Assembly: GCA_951406725.2 (NCBI GenBank)
Contig: OX597827.1
Coordinates: 35,960,001-36,024,000 of the forward strand
Length of the DNA stretch: 64,000 nt
Reading direction: 5' to 3'
Origin: Octopus vulgaris
Lineage: Eukaryota
Each line of letters opens with the position of its first letter. Positions within the stretch are counted from its first letter, which is position 1. Below are positions 1-13,131 of the stretch, piece after piece. The notes below the pieces were generated by a model. That model worked only from the letters and a program-made list of their open reading frames with translations. It was not told the origin of the DNA and made no database searches. Both the position numbers and the translations under genes were made by a program.

Positions 1-99
1 GAGGGAAAAGCACTGGTAGGATAATCTAGCAGGAAACAGTGGACATGTTCATATCAGCACATGCAATGGACAGCTATGAGGTGGGAGGCTGCAGGTTGA

Positions 100-260
100 T
101 GTGTGCATGCACACAGTTCTTTGTTCTTCCCTTTCATTCTCCTCTGTGGAACAGAAATGTGATCCTTTTCAAATACCCTGACAAAGAGGATTGACAGCTT
201 TGATAGCAGAACCTTGAGAACCATCGAGAACATCAGCTGATACCATCACGTATATCCAAC
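100..260 (+). mobile_element. RTE-clade LINE fragment (region after RT), decayed
   Basis: Manual translation ILLCGTEM*SFSNTLTKRIDSFDSRTLRTIENIS*YHHV matches the RTE motif LLYGxETW...KRLDxFDxxxLRxIxxIxW, with in-frame stops. Confidence 0.65.
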
Positions 261-1815
261 AAAGCTATCATCCTATCAAGATTTACTTTAAACCTGACCT
301 CAGCAACCTTTAATTTTTCTCTATATTCAAAACATGTGTCATTACTCAAACCTTAATACTACCAACATTAGCTCTGGCAGTGATGCTTCCATCACCCTCA
401 AACATCCTAGAACACGTTCCAATCCATGCCAGAATATCGCTATTTCTCTCAACAAAACTGTATCTCAGACTATAAAAGCACATTCCAGCATGCCCCATTA
501 CTGAAAAGGGATTCATCTCTGGCAATGCTAACTACTAATTTGTGATATTTCACAGGTAATGGAAACAAGTATAAACAAATATTTCATTCATCACTTTCAG
601 TCTCTCTTTCATATACACACACACATGGTTCTCTCCATCCTAAAATTCTGTCAACTCTGGTTTGCTCATAAGTTTGATTATGTAGCCAACATCCTTCCTT
701 CTATTCAACTGATGGGCCTACTTGTTTCTTTTAAACATATACTTACCCTTCACTTGTGTTTTTACTCTTCACTCTTCATTAACTTCCTGCACATGTCATC
801 TACAAGTAACCTTGATATATCCCATTCTGCCGTCAGGAGGGGATGAACAGTGACGTTTTTGCAAACATCTCTCAAAAGAGAGCTAGCAACCTAATTTCCT
901 TCAACAGCATCAATACGCATATTCAAACTCTTGCTCCTCCCTACACCATATGAATAGAATCAAAGAAAAAACAAAAAGACTAATCGATCAAAGTTACTAC
1001 AAATGTTAGACCTCACAATCTTTCACAGTGGTCTCATATATCATCATCATCATCATCATTATCGTCACTTTTAACATCTACTTTGCCATGCTTGTATGAG
1101 TCAGATGGGTTTACTGGAAAAGATTTTTTTCATAACTGGCCATGTTCTTCACAGAATATTGGAAATGAATAAGGCTGCTTTATGACTGACATTCATTTAC
1201 AACAATTATGTGATGTCAAAGCAAGGAGACACAAATATACATACACACACACACACACACATAAAAGTTTTAACTGAGGGAGTGGAACTGGTAAAATGCA
1301 CACTACATATGTTTCTTAGCTGGCTGAATCTCTGATGTAATAGTTATGCAATGAGGGGTGCTCAACTTGGTTTATCATCAGGCTGAGATTACCTTAATTA
1401 AATGAAGGTTACATGCACACACACACAAATATACACTACACGAATATGTGGTTGGGAAGCAAACTTTTTCACCACATAACCATGCCTGCACTATATATAT
1501 ATTTATAATTTTTACACCTGCTGAAATGCATTGGATAAGATTTCTTGAGGTGGTATTTTACAGCCAGATGCCCTTCCTAATCTAACCCTAGTTTTGCAAA
1601 TAGGAGTTGAATTATGGCTTTACATGTTAATCCTCTATTGGATGTATCATTTATGGGAAACAAAAACACATAACTGTTGCTGGAATGGGTTCAATGCAAA
1701 GACACACATACACACCTGCTATATGCATATGTATGACAAGTTTCTGTAGTTTCCATGTACTAAATTAAATTCCATTCACAAGGCATTAAGTCAGGCTATA
1801 GTAGAAGACACTTGT

Positions 1816-1868
<53 letters not shown>

Positions 1869-2289
1869 CATCATCATCATCATTGTTGTCGTCATTTAAT
1901 GGCCCTTTTTCCATGTTGGTTTGAGTTGGATAATTTGACAGGAACCAACAAGCTGAAGGCGGCACCAAGCTTCAGTGTCTTCCTTGACATGGTTTCTATA
2001 AGTGGATGCGCTTCTTAACATGAACCACTTTACAGATTGTTCTGGATGCTTTTTCTTTTCTCATGGAACTAGCACTAGTAAGGTAGACCAAGTACTCACA
2101 AAATGGGGTTCCTCAACTTAGTGGAGTTACAGTATTGAAGGATGTGAAATTATGATAGAGGAACAAGTTTCTTGCTGAAGAGGTGAATACATGGCTTCCC
2201 CAGCAGAAAACACACATACAGCACATAGATATATTCAAAGATGTACACTGTAACATAGATGAAGTATTGACATTTTTATTCAATATAAC

Positions 2290-2640
2290 ATAAAATCATA
2301 GTCATAATGATCAAACACCATCACACTGTAATCATGACTAAACTATCAAACACCAACACACCATATCCATACGCTGATCACAACTTCAACTACAAAATAC
2401 CACCATACTGTATACATACTCTAATCACAACTACAACTGCCAAACACTACCACAACACATACAGATTGTAATCACAACCACATGCCAAATACAACTACAC
2501 CATATTCGTACTATAATCACAAGTACATACTAAACACCTTTTCCCCTATAATCATAGTTACAACTACCAAACCCTGCCACAGTATATTCATACCATAATC
2601 ACAGCTACAAATACCAAAACACCATCATATAATAATCTCA
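2290..2640. repeat. Degenerate ~40-bp tandem minisatellite
   Basis: Recurring unit similar to (c)tataatcacaactacaactaccaaacaccaccata, about 8 copies. Confidence 0.7.
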
Positions 2641-3692
2641 TTTCTGTAATCTCTCTACTGAAAAGTTTTTGTAACAATTTCTACATGTTCCCCACTTTCA
2701 TTTCTTTTCTTGTTAACTTACAAACTTTCATCCAAAATAGTCCCTTTATTTAAAAAAAAAATATTTTTAGTGTCCAGTTGTTTTAGTTATTGCTTTGGAC
2801 ACAGTAATAAAAAAATTAATAAATTGGCTCAGTCTCAAATTCTCTGTCTTAGTTCTGTTGATTCCCTCCAGTAGGAAAGATGTTTCAAACCCATTGCCTT
2901 TTAATTTTATTGTTTAAAAGGCAAATTAAATAATAAAGAAAAACAAACTTGTAAAAGGATGACAAAAGATAAAATAAATAAAATGTAGACATTCCTTTCA
3001 TCACATACCTGAGTTCCACAGCTAGCCGAATTATTGTAATATCAGCCTGCTGTCCAAAAGACTGATAGTTCACATTCTGTCACAGGTACTACAAGGATAG
3101 TAAAATCCTCAATGTTTCAATTTAGTTAGCTGTATATAGAGCTAATGGAGAGATTGAACACACATCTGCAAAAAGCAGGAACATCATGTAACCAAGAAAT
3201 AAATCTTTCCTTTGCCTAATTAGGTTCAGTTTTTCACACGAATTATCATTTCCATCAATTTTATACCATGAAAGTTTGGACTGACAGGCATATTACCTCA
3301 CACAGAAGACAGTCAACAACCAAGTTTCTGCATAGCTACTAAACTTGTTGGAAACAACACCCAAATCTCCCACAAATTACACTCTCTCGTCAGAGGGTCA
3401 GTTTACACATGAATCTCAGATGACATGCCATAAGTATTAATTCCTTCTGAATTGCAAGACATTCAGCAAGGTGTTTCCAGCAGTACATCAGTCTTCTGTC
3501 AAAATTACAATACTTAATAGGTTTCTTTACAATATGCCCAGTAGATGTTTATAAACCTTCCTCTTCTTGATATATTACTCTTGCTTTCTGAATCTTTAGC
3601 TTGTTGATCAGTATTATAAATGCAAGTCTGTCACAATACTTTGCAGTCTTATTTAACAATTATATACTCTGTGATGATATGTCAACATTGGG

Positions 3693-3732
<40 letters not shown>

Positions 3733-3769
3733 TATATATAAATATAGTGTGTGTGTATATATAGTTGAA

Positions 3770-5100
3770 ATTTACAGAAAAACAAAAGATGAAGACAGGT
3801 GTATAAACAACAAACAGGTGTATTAGTTTGATGCTAGGGAAGGTGAGAAAGTCTTTTACGTTTCAAGTCTATGCTCTTCAACAGAAAAGAACATGAGGAA
3901 ATAAACAGAGAATCATGGCGATTGGTTGGACAAAGGTAGTTAGACAGGAGAGCAAGGAAGAAGGGGAGATAATAAAGTATTGGTGATCCCAAAACGAAGG
4001 TGCATGTGTATACATGAGAGTTTGTAAGTATGTGGATAGGGGCTGGTGACTTTGATGTGTGGGTGCTGGGAAGTGGTCAGTGCTAGTGAGATGTGTGGTG
4101 TGGTGTGCCATGTTGGGGTGTGAGGATGTGGGAGTAGGAGTGAGATGTGGATGGTGGAGTGTATCGAAGGGAGAAGGTGGGTTGGAGTGAAGAGAGGAAG
4201 TAGGTGTCAGATGAAGAGGGGAGTTGAGCCCATGTGGTGCAAGGAGTGAAGAGATGATTAATTGCTGTTCATGGCGAAGGTGGGAGTTGAGATGGCCCCT
4301 GTGCAAAGACAATCCAAATACAGTCAGGTGTTGTAATGAGTGACTGGTAGAGTGGAAATGGCATGAGACCGAGGTGTCATTGCTGAGTCTAATGTCTTTG
4401 AGGTGCTCTGCAAACTGGTCAGCCAAGCAGCATCCCGTTTGACCGATGTACAGTGAAGGACAGAAAGAGCAGGAGATGCAGTAAATGACATTGCTAGAAG
4501 CGTCAGTGATAATGTGGGTGCCTGTTAGGATGGTGGTGTTTGAGAGGTAGGGGTAAGTGCGGCAGTGTAGGCAGGAACAGGGGAATGAGCCAGGTTGGGA
4601 GGTAGGATTAGGGAAGAAACTGTGGACCAGGTCACATAGGTTGTGGGCTTGTTTGAAAGAGGGAAGGGGTAGGTTGGGGAAGATGTGCAAAGTGGAGGGG
4701 TCAGGCTGGAATCACCAGAAGGCTCAGAGAATGGTGGGGTGGTAGGTGAGGGAAAATGGAAGACGGGTAATGGCAGGGTAGGTGTGGGGAGAGAGAGAGA
4801 GCAAAGGCACAGAACGTGCTCTGGCAAGGGCGGTGTGGATAGTGGTGAGGAGATATCCACAAAGGATGAAGTGGTGAGCCATGTGTTGAGACTGAGTCTC
4901 AAAGTCATGGTTGTCATTGCAGAGCCTGTGCAGACAGAGGAATTGGGAGTAGGGGATGGAGAGCTTGGTGTGGGTAGAGTGGGAGGAGGAGAAGTTGAGG
5001 TATGGGTGTGAGTTGGTATGTTTGTAGTGGATGGAGGTAGTGAGAGCTGAGTTGTGTATGTTGACCGAAATGTCAAGGAAGGCAATGAGAGCAATGTTTA
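3770..5100 (-). mobile_element. Penelope-like retroelement (RT C-terminus, Cys linker, GIY-YIG endonuclease), 5'-truncated and frameshifted
   Basis: ORF 4724-5104 has FLDISV..SIHYKHTNSHPYLNFSSSH..SIPYSQFLCLHRLC. ORF 3878-4690 has a FPCSCLHCRTYP linker and SSNVIYCISCSFCPSLYIGQTG..FAEH. A Cys-rich linker is typical of the Neptune group. Confidence 0.9.
3852..3890 (-). ncRNA. Minimal type I hammerhead ribozyme motif (variant core, partly decayed) at the Penelope 3' end
   Basis: Minus strand reads TCTTTT-CTGTTGA-A-GAGC-ATAG-ACTT-GAAAC-GTA-AAAGA. Confidence 0.6.
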
Positions 5101-5396
5101 TCATTATCTATATTTTTGAAATATTGCCACCACTTAACTCATCCTACAACTTATATATTCCCCTAAATTGTTGAGGTAGGAGAAATTATCACATTTTATG
5201 GGGTTTTTTTAAAAATCATTCAGATGAAGAAAGGCTACACCAATAGCCCTTTTCTTGGTACCAGTTTACTTTCCTTCATCACCACAATGATGCTGAAAAA
5301 ATCATCTCATGGTTACATAGAAAATATTCCTGGGTTTTTTTTTTATGGTTTCATCAAAAGAACAGCAGTGTTCACAATAATTTTCAGAACTTTTAA

Positions 5397-5605
5397 CCCT
5401 TTAGCATTTTAACTGGTCATATTCAGCCTAAATATTTATGTTGAAATGGCCAAATCTGGCTTCTTGCACCTACCTTACAATGACATTCTAAAGATAAGTA
5501 ATCACTTCATTGAAATTTTGAGGCTACAAGTTAATGATGGTTAATTCAAAAGATTGTGAATAAATAAGCATTACAATTTGACAGAGTAATCTGAATGTTA
5601 AAGGG
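5397..5605. mobile_element. piggyBac-like MITE
   Basis: TTAA|ccctttagcatt...aatgttaaaggg|ttac terminal inverted repeats. A related copy lies at 46839-47368. Confidence 0.6.
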
Positions 5606-6576
5606 TTACAAGAGGCACCCACTGACCAGATGGGTGTTGTTAAACTGGTCAATAGGTTAAAGAACTATCCAAGAAGAGGAACAATCCCCCCAATGGGTGC
5701 ACAGAATTTCCATTTACCAAATTTAGTTTGGAAGGCTTTGGTTGATATGAGGTGATGATAGAATATGCTTGCTCAAGATGCAAAAGGATGTGATGAAAGA
5801 TCCTGCTTAAATTAGGATTTTCTGCAACAAATCCACCCTCATATCTTGAATAAGTGAATAATTCTTCTGCAGAAACATTCCAAGATATGAACAAGAAAAT
5901 CTCTCTTCTTAATTTAAGACTTTCTTGTTCTTGGTTGTCTCACTAGAACTAAGAATGGTGATTTTTTTTCTAATGTATTTATGATGAACCTAACATAAGA
6001 CAGACTGTTGCATACTGGTGATCACATATTCAGAATCCAGGCTGTAGATCCAATGGAGGCTTCCCATTGAGTTTTCTGGTTCCACCAGAGGCTTTGATCT
6101 CAATATTATTCATAAACAAAACATATTCTGCTTCAACAGCAGACAGCCATAGTGATACTATATCATGGTGCCAATGTAGGGTTAATTGAACTATTTCATT
6201 GAGACTTCAGTGTCTTAGCCATGAACAAAATACAGTTCCAGTGAGGAATTTAAAACCCAATATTCCTGCATCATTTACTTGTTTGTTTTTACTGTAAATT
6301 ATAACTGAGCTTGTAATACTTGTCATTCTGTCTATTAATGTGTTATATAGGTAAGTTACTCAAAAAATCATTTTGTGATAGTCACATATTATGTGGCTTT
6401 GTAGCATGTTTCAAGAGATTGTTTTTTTGTTTTTTTTTCTGAGGCTGAAATCAATAAATTGGAAACAAAATAAAAAATGCATAAAACATAGAATCACTAA
6501 AAATATTTTGTTTTTATTTTATAAAATATAAATTTTGTTTACTCTGTGCATGTATGAGTGTGTGTGTATAACTATA

Positions 6577-6835
6577 GGCACGTGGCTTAGTGTTTAGGGC
6601 ATTTGACTCACAATCGTAAGGTCATGAGTTTAATTCCCAGTGATGTGTTGTATCCTTGAGCAAAACACTTTATTTCACGTTGCCCCAGTCCACCCAGCTG
6701 GCAAAAATGAGTAGTACCTGTATTTTAAAGGGCCAGCCTTGTCACACTTTGTGTCATGCTGAATTTCCCTGAGAACTACGTTAAGGGTACACGTGTCTGT
6801 GGAGTGCTCAGCCACTTGCATGTTAATATAAGCAG
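6577..6835 (+). mobile_element. tRNA-derived SINE (family C)
   Basis: A-box-like tggcttagtg and B-box-like gagtttaattcc, followed by a body shared with the copy at 46866-47185. Confidence 0.75.
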
Positions 6836-8464
6836 TTCCAAACCATTTTATCATCACACTTTTTTTTAGCAAACCAATACTCCTCAATGACCCATTTTAA
6901 AAAATGTTTAAAAAGAAACAATTTTCTGAAAATTTAATAAAATCAACAAATTATACTTACTTTGAAGAAATATTCCTCAGGTTTTCATCATCATCAATAT
7001 TTTAATGTCCATTTTTCTATGCTTGCACAGAATGGATGGAGTTTATTTAGGCAAATTCTCTACAGCCAGATGCCTGTCCCATTGCTAACCCTTACCTGTT
7101 TCCATACAAAGTAATATTTCCCCATGGCCAGACATATTTTTGCAATGTATTGGAAATGTGTGATATTCAATAACAATCATGTGGTGTCAAGACAAGGAAA
7201 CACAAACATACTATTTCTCTTTCACACACATGTATACATATGCATGATGGGCTTCTTTAATATATTATGCATTAGTTTGGAGTGGTGTTCCCAACTTGAT
7301 TATTGTTTCACTACATTTTGGCTGTGTACATGCCAGCCTTCTGAAGCGTACACAGCCAAAACATAGTGAAAGCAACCAATATTCTATTTAGAAATGGATT
7401 ATGTAGTGAGGAAAAGATAACATCTTTTAGTCTTATTAGATTTTCTCAGCAAAGCTTTACCATATTTGCTGATGTTTTAATTAGATGTACAATATTATCA
7501 ATTATTAAGTGTGAAAAATATTTGCATATTTGAAACCATAAATCATCAAACACAGAAGTTAATTACTCAGAGACATCATCTGCATGAAAAAAATTAGTTA
7601 AGTGAGAGTTAACATATTTAATGTATGTAGATTTAAATGACATGTATCAGCAGACAAAGGAACATGTCCATCAAATATATTTTGAGATAAAATTTACAGT
7701 TTGCTAATTTGCATTATACAAATACACACAAAATGGCTAAAACAGGTCTTTTAAAATAAGTGCTTAGCAACAACAAAGACAAAATAACTATAAAATACAA
7801 TTGAGTTAAATCTATGAATGAAAAAGGAAAATGAGTGAAGACAGATAATGAAAAAAATGAGAGAGAAAGAAATTTCTTTCAAGGAAAAAGTTAACAATAC
7901 AACTGGTTTACAAACAAAGGGTTTTTTAAGAGATACTTTTGTATTTTATATAACAGAACAAATTGTTTCCCAAATAAGACATCTAACCGTATTTCTTTTG
8001 TGAGTGAGATGATTGTAAAAGTCTTAAAATTAGTTGAAGAGATAGTATGAAAACTTGCATTAAACAATATATTACTGGCAACCTCATTTGCTATGTTGCA
8101 ATGGAGAAACATTTATAGATTTGAATTGCTTCAGGATGATTTGAAAATGGCAAATAAAGAGACACCTATAAAAATTAGCAACATACAGATCTATGTATGC
8201 AATTTCTCAAATACTTTCTCATACTCTTGGAGTATGAGCAGAATGAAATGTCACTTTTCAGTAAGTAAATTAACATTCCAATATTGCAACACTTAATATA
8301 TTTCATACATTTGAGACAGTCCAACGTATAAAAATAAATAAACAATAATGATGAAGATGTGATAGAAGTAACATAATATATGATGGAGATGTAACAGAAG
8401 CAATGTAACCTAGAGTAGACAATATAAGAAATAATGCATTATATATTTTCTTAATCACTTGTTG

Positions 8465-8536
8465 AGCAGAGTATTGCTGAGTAAATGTGCTGGGCCCATA
8501 ACCCAGAAGTTCATAGGTTGAAACTATGCTCTAAGA
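8465..8536 (+). pseudogene. Initiator tRNA-Met (CAT) pseudogene
   Basis: AGCAGAGT...GTGCTGGGCCCATAACCCAGA..GT..GGTTGAAAC..CTCT aligns with eukaryotic iMet (AGCAGAGTGGCGCAGCGGAAGCGTGCTGGGCCCATAACCCAGAGGTCGATGGATCGAAACCATCCTCTGCTA). The anticodon arm is intact; the D arm and acceptor 3' strand are mutated. Confidence 0.8.
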
Positions 8537-8564
8537 TATGGATACTATTTTCAATATTTATACA

Positions 8565-8832
8565 GCCAGCCTCGTCTGGCTTCTGTGCCGGTGACACGTA
8601 AAAAACACCATCCGGTCGTGGCCGTTTGCCAGCCTCGTCTGGCACCTGTGCTGGTGGCACATAAAAAGCACCCACTACACTCACGGAGTGGTTGGCGTTA
8701 GGAAGGACATCCAGCAGTAGAAACACTGCCAGATCAGACTGGGCCTGATGCAGCCTTCTGGCTTCCTAGACCCCAGTTGAACCGTCCAACCCATGCTAGC
8801 ATGGAAAGCGGACGTTAAACAATGATGATGAT
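8565..8832 (+). mobile_element. SINE family B with (GAT)n tail, 5'-truncated
   Basis: Ends in ...ccatgctagcatggaaagcggacgttaaacaatgatgatgat and carries internal ~55-bp repeats. It is the reverse complement of the copies at 37741 and 58589. Confidence 0.85.
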
Positions 8833-9476
8833 ACACTGCAGCTGAGTTGTCTACAAATATACCAACCATCTATTATGGGTCATTAAAGTACCAGACATGT
8901 AATGAGATTGATTCAACCAATAAAGTACCCCTACCTTTGTACTAATGTAAAAAAAATATTGTAGATTCACAAAAGGAAAATAAGATGATAGAATAGGCTG
9001 TAAGGTTTGGTTCTGTCTATATTTTGGAAAACATCAGTATCTTTAGGTGATTTAGCTAAACATTTCATAGAACACCTTCATGTACCAATAAATATTTGTA
9101 TGAACAAGACTCTAACATCAGCATAAAATCCGAACTACTCACCATAGATTTTCCACTTTATTCTATCGGTATGTAGAAATTGTATTTGTATACACATATG
9201 TGTGTTTGTGTACAAGTATGTATATATATGATCAAATAAAAGATTATCAAGTCGATTATTCAAAGTGTTTAATTGTATGCAACTTCATGAATTTTACACA
9301 CATAAAATAAAAGGAGTAAAAAGAAAATGTGCAAAGTGGGAAAAAAAATAATAGTTCTCAGTCCAAAGTGTGTCCATGTTCAAGGCAGTCAACACAAAGA
9401 TTAATTATGTCTCATAAGTTCTCAATACCTAATGAACACAATAAATGAATGAGGCAGATAGAAATACATGTATTCC

Positions 9477-9508
<32 letters not shown>

Positions 9509-9611
9509 ATGCATACATGCAATGTTTTCTCTAAATTTTGGTGTGTGTATATGTGCAGAAATAATTTGCTAGTGTTCAAATTTTGTTATTCTTTGCAAAT
9601 TATATGTGCAT

Positions 9612-9908
9612 CCTCAGGCCAACCAAAGCCTTGAGTCAATTTCACTGATGAAAACTGAAAGAAGTTTATAGTATATACACACACTCATATATATATATAT
9701 GTGTGTGTATCTGTGTTTGTCCCCACCATTACCACTTAACAACCGGTGTTGGTGTGTTTATGTCCCCATAACTTAGTGGTTTGGCAAAAGAGTGCCATAG
9801 AATAAGGAACAGGCTTAAAAAATAAATCCTGGGGTCAATTTATTCAAGTAAAAATTCAAAGCAGTGTGCCAGAATGACTGAAGTCTAATGACTGAAAGAA
9901 GTAAAGGT
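9612..9908 (+). mobile_element. SINE family A, 5'-truncated
   Basis: Matches the 3' two-thirds of the full copy at 59407-59825. Confidence 0.8.
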
Positions 9909-9937
9909 TATATATATATATATATATATATATATAC

Positions 9938-10280
9938 TTCTATTCTTTTACTTGTTTCCATCATTTGACTGTGGCAATGCTGGAGCACCACCTTTAGTCA
10001 AACAAATCGACCCCAGGACTTATTCTTTGTAAGCCTGGTACTTATTCTATTGGTCTCTTTTGTCAAACCACTAAGTTATAGGGATGTAAACACACCAACA
10101 TCGGTTGTCAAACAATGGTGTCGGGACAAATACAGACACACACACAAATATATATGATGGGCTTCCTTCAGTTTCCGTCTACCAAGGCTACAGTAGAAGT
10201 CACTTGTCCAAGGTGCCACACAGTGGGACTGAACCTGGGACCATGTGGTTGGAAAGCAAGCTTCTTACCACACAGTCATA
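9938..10280 (-). mobile_element. SINE family A
   Basis: Reverse complement of the family A copy; lies tail-to-tail with 9612-9908. Confidence 0.85.
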
Positions 10281-10839
10281 TGTATTACAGCTTGCCCAGA
10301 GGTGGAAAGACAACACCTTTGACTCTTTGCATGATCTTCAAGACAGAGGTGGCAGGAAGAAACTTTAACACATAAGTTTTTATTTAAACTGAGGGTCCTA
10401 GTGTAAATGCTTGCAAAAGAGTGAACTCTGCTAAAGGCACCCAAAATTCAGGTGCTGGTTTAAATTGTATCAAATTAAATCTGCTGCCCATGATTTTGTA
10501 GTTGATTATGAATGGAATGTAGTCATATGATTTGTGTTCAATTTGTCCTGGCTCAGCTCTGCTCCTCACACTGAAGACTGAATCTTCACATCTTCATATC
10601 TATGTGCTGGACAAATGTAGTATCATCTATAATGTTGCTCCACCTACACAATGTAGCAGTAAAATTTTCCACAAATATCTCCTTACCGTATTTGAAACAA
10701 CCACATGCTGAAAGACCTAGTGTTAGGACAGCATGTTCACAGCAGAGAGCAGACAAGGATACTCAACAAGAACTATAACAACAATAATAAACGTATGTGT
10801 AAGTGTGCAAACATGCATGTGTGTGGTACAGGTAATGGA

Positions 10840-11739
10840 TTACACAAACTCATTTTCCATGTTAGGTTTCCAGAGGCCAGATAAGTCATCACCAAGGTGT
10901 ATTCTCATGTGTCTTTTTAAGTTACTATTCTGTGAGAAGTTCTTCTTGCATATCTCACACTGGAATGGCTTCAAACCAACATGCGACCGCAGATGTCTCT
11001 GAAAGTTGAAGTTCTGAGAAAAAGATCTACCACATAACTTACACTCAAATGGCTTTTCACCAGTGTGTACTTGAAGGTGTTTTTTTAATGAAGAGTTTTC
11101 AATGAAATCCCGCCCGCAGATCTCGCAGTGATATGGTCTTATTCCAGTATGAATGCGACTATGTTTTTGAAGATATTTACTGCATGTAAATGCTTTCCCA
11201 CAGATTTCACAGTAGAAGGACCGTTGGTTTATATGAATCTTTAGATGTTGTTGCAAATGTTCATGCCGTAAATATTTATTATCGCAAATATGACACCAAA
11301 ACATCTTCTTGCCAATATGTGATTTCATGTGTCTTTGAAAGTTGAAGTTTTGAGAGAAATCTTTCCCGCACATCTCACAATGAAAAGGTTTTTCTCCCGT
11401 GTGTGTCTGTAAGTGCTTCTTCAAGTCAGAACTTTGAGTGAACTTCTTCCAACAAACCTCACAAGTGAATGGCTTCTCTCCAGTGTGAGATCGCAGATGT
11501 CTCTGTAAATTGCAATTCTGCGAGAAGTCTTTCCCACATAACTGGCAGTTAAAAGGTTTCTCACCGCTGTGCAACTTGAGATGCCTTTGAAAGTTGAAGT
11601 TCTGAGCAAAAGACTTTCCACATACTTTACAGTGGTAAGATTTTTCACCCGTGTGTAATCTCAAATGTCGTTTTAAGTTACAGTTTTGAGAGAAATCCTT
11701 CCCACACAACTGGCACTGGAATATCTTCATTGACATCAT
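10840..11739 (-). CDS. C2H2 zinc-finger protein with 10 tandem fingers and no effector domain (ZNF-a)
   Basis: Intact 299-aa ORF with 10 CxxC-x12-HxxxH units and TGEKP-type linkers. AATAAA on the minus strand at 10379-10384. Confidence 0.95.
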   Translation of the reverse strand: MMSMKIFQCQLCGKDFSQNCNLKRHLRLHTGEKSYHCKVCGKSFAQNFNFQRHLKLHSGEKPFNCQLCGKDFSQNCNLQRHLRSHTGEKPFTCEVCWKKFTQSSDLKKHLQTHTGEKPFHCEMCGKDFSQNFNFQRHMKSHIGKKMFWCHICDNKYLRHEHLQQHLKIHINQRSFYCEICGKAFTCSKYLQKHSRIHTGIRPYHCEICGRDFIENSSLKKHLQVHTGEKPFECKLCGRSFSQNFNFQRHLRSHVGLKPFQCEICKKNFSQNSNLKRHMRIHLGDDLSGLWKPNMENEFV

Positions 11740-12827
11740 ATTTTACCGAAATAAAGGAGCATTTGAAAATGTACACGTGTGCATATATCTGTACACAATA
11801 GTTTAGATGTTTAGGTATGAGTGCACAAATGCAAATATATATATGAAAATATACGTATGCGAGTGTGAGCACTTGCCTGTATAAAAATATATATTATATA
11901 GTTTCTATTTACATAAATATCTATTCACAGACATATAATATATTGCATAGGTATGTTTTCATGCACACACATTTATATATACATCTTAATTTTCAGTAGG
12001 TAGCAAAATGATAATACTGTAACATATTAAACAAGGAATGATCCCATTCAATTTGTCTTTTTCACAAAGTCTTTCCTTTTTACTTCAGTTTATAGACTGA
12101 CTTTCTCAGTATACATATGTGCATCTGTGATGATTGATTCACTCTGGGTCACTTCAATGACTTTTTTCTCAGTCTTCAAATACTGGAAAAGAAAAATTAA
12201 AGCATGATTACAAAAGAAAATATAAGTGTGTATACATCATCATCATCTAACATCCATTGTGGAGTACCTGATTCATGGGATTTCTTACTCTTGGATTACA
12301 CAACCTTTTAATTCATTCAGAGTACATCATTTCTGCACATTTGATTATACACACACACACACACATATATGGCTGTATGGTTTAGAAGTGTTTCCAAACC
12401 ATATGGTTTCGAGTTCAGTCCCAGTGCATGCTTTCTGCTATAACTTGCCTTATAAAGCCTTATAAATGGATCGGTTGATGAAAACTGAAATAGGCCTATT
12501 TTGTGTGCGTGTGTGTGTGTGTGTGTGTGTGCCTCTTTGTCTTGGCATCACATAATTGTTGCAAATGAATGTCATACATTCCTAATATTCTAAGTAAACA
12601 TGCCTAGCCATGGAGAAATATTACCCTGCTTGAAAACAGGTAAGGATTGAGAATAGGAAGGGCATCTGGCCATAGGAAATCAATTTCAATAAACTGTATC
12701 TAATCTATGCAAGTATGGAAATGTGGACATTAAAGACCACCTTTTAAAGATGTTTTTGTTAAAAATTGTTATTGCTTTTGTAGAATAAAATTTGTTGAAA
12801 AAAAGCTGCAATAATTATGTACCAACG

Positions 12828-12919
<92 letters not shown>

Positions 12920-13029
12920 TTGGACAGATATAGATAAATGTTCACTTTTGAAAGAGTTCCATGCTCTGTAGTCTGGTGGCTCTGAGAAAAGTAGGTATGT
13001 TTGAAAAGCTTTTGAGAGATTTTTAAGCC

Positions 13030-13131
13030 AAATGCTTTGATGCTATCAGCAAGATGAGAATAGGCAATGAGTGCAGTAATAAATTCAGTGTGCAAGAAGT
13101 TGTCCACCAGGGTTCAATTTTCAGTCCCTTG
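13030..13131 (+). mobile_element. RTE LINE RT fragment
   Basis: RIGNECSNKFSVQEVVHQGSIFSPL resembles the RTE motif GVHQGSVLSP. Confidence 0.65.

Noticed and set aside
4525-5094. Pro/Ser/Thr-rich 189-aa ORF and the antisense Gly-rich ORFs
   Set aside because: They are alternative frames of the C-rich Penelope element.
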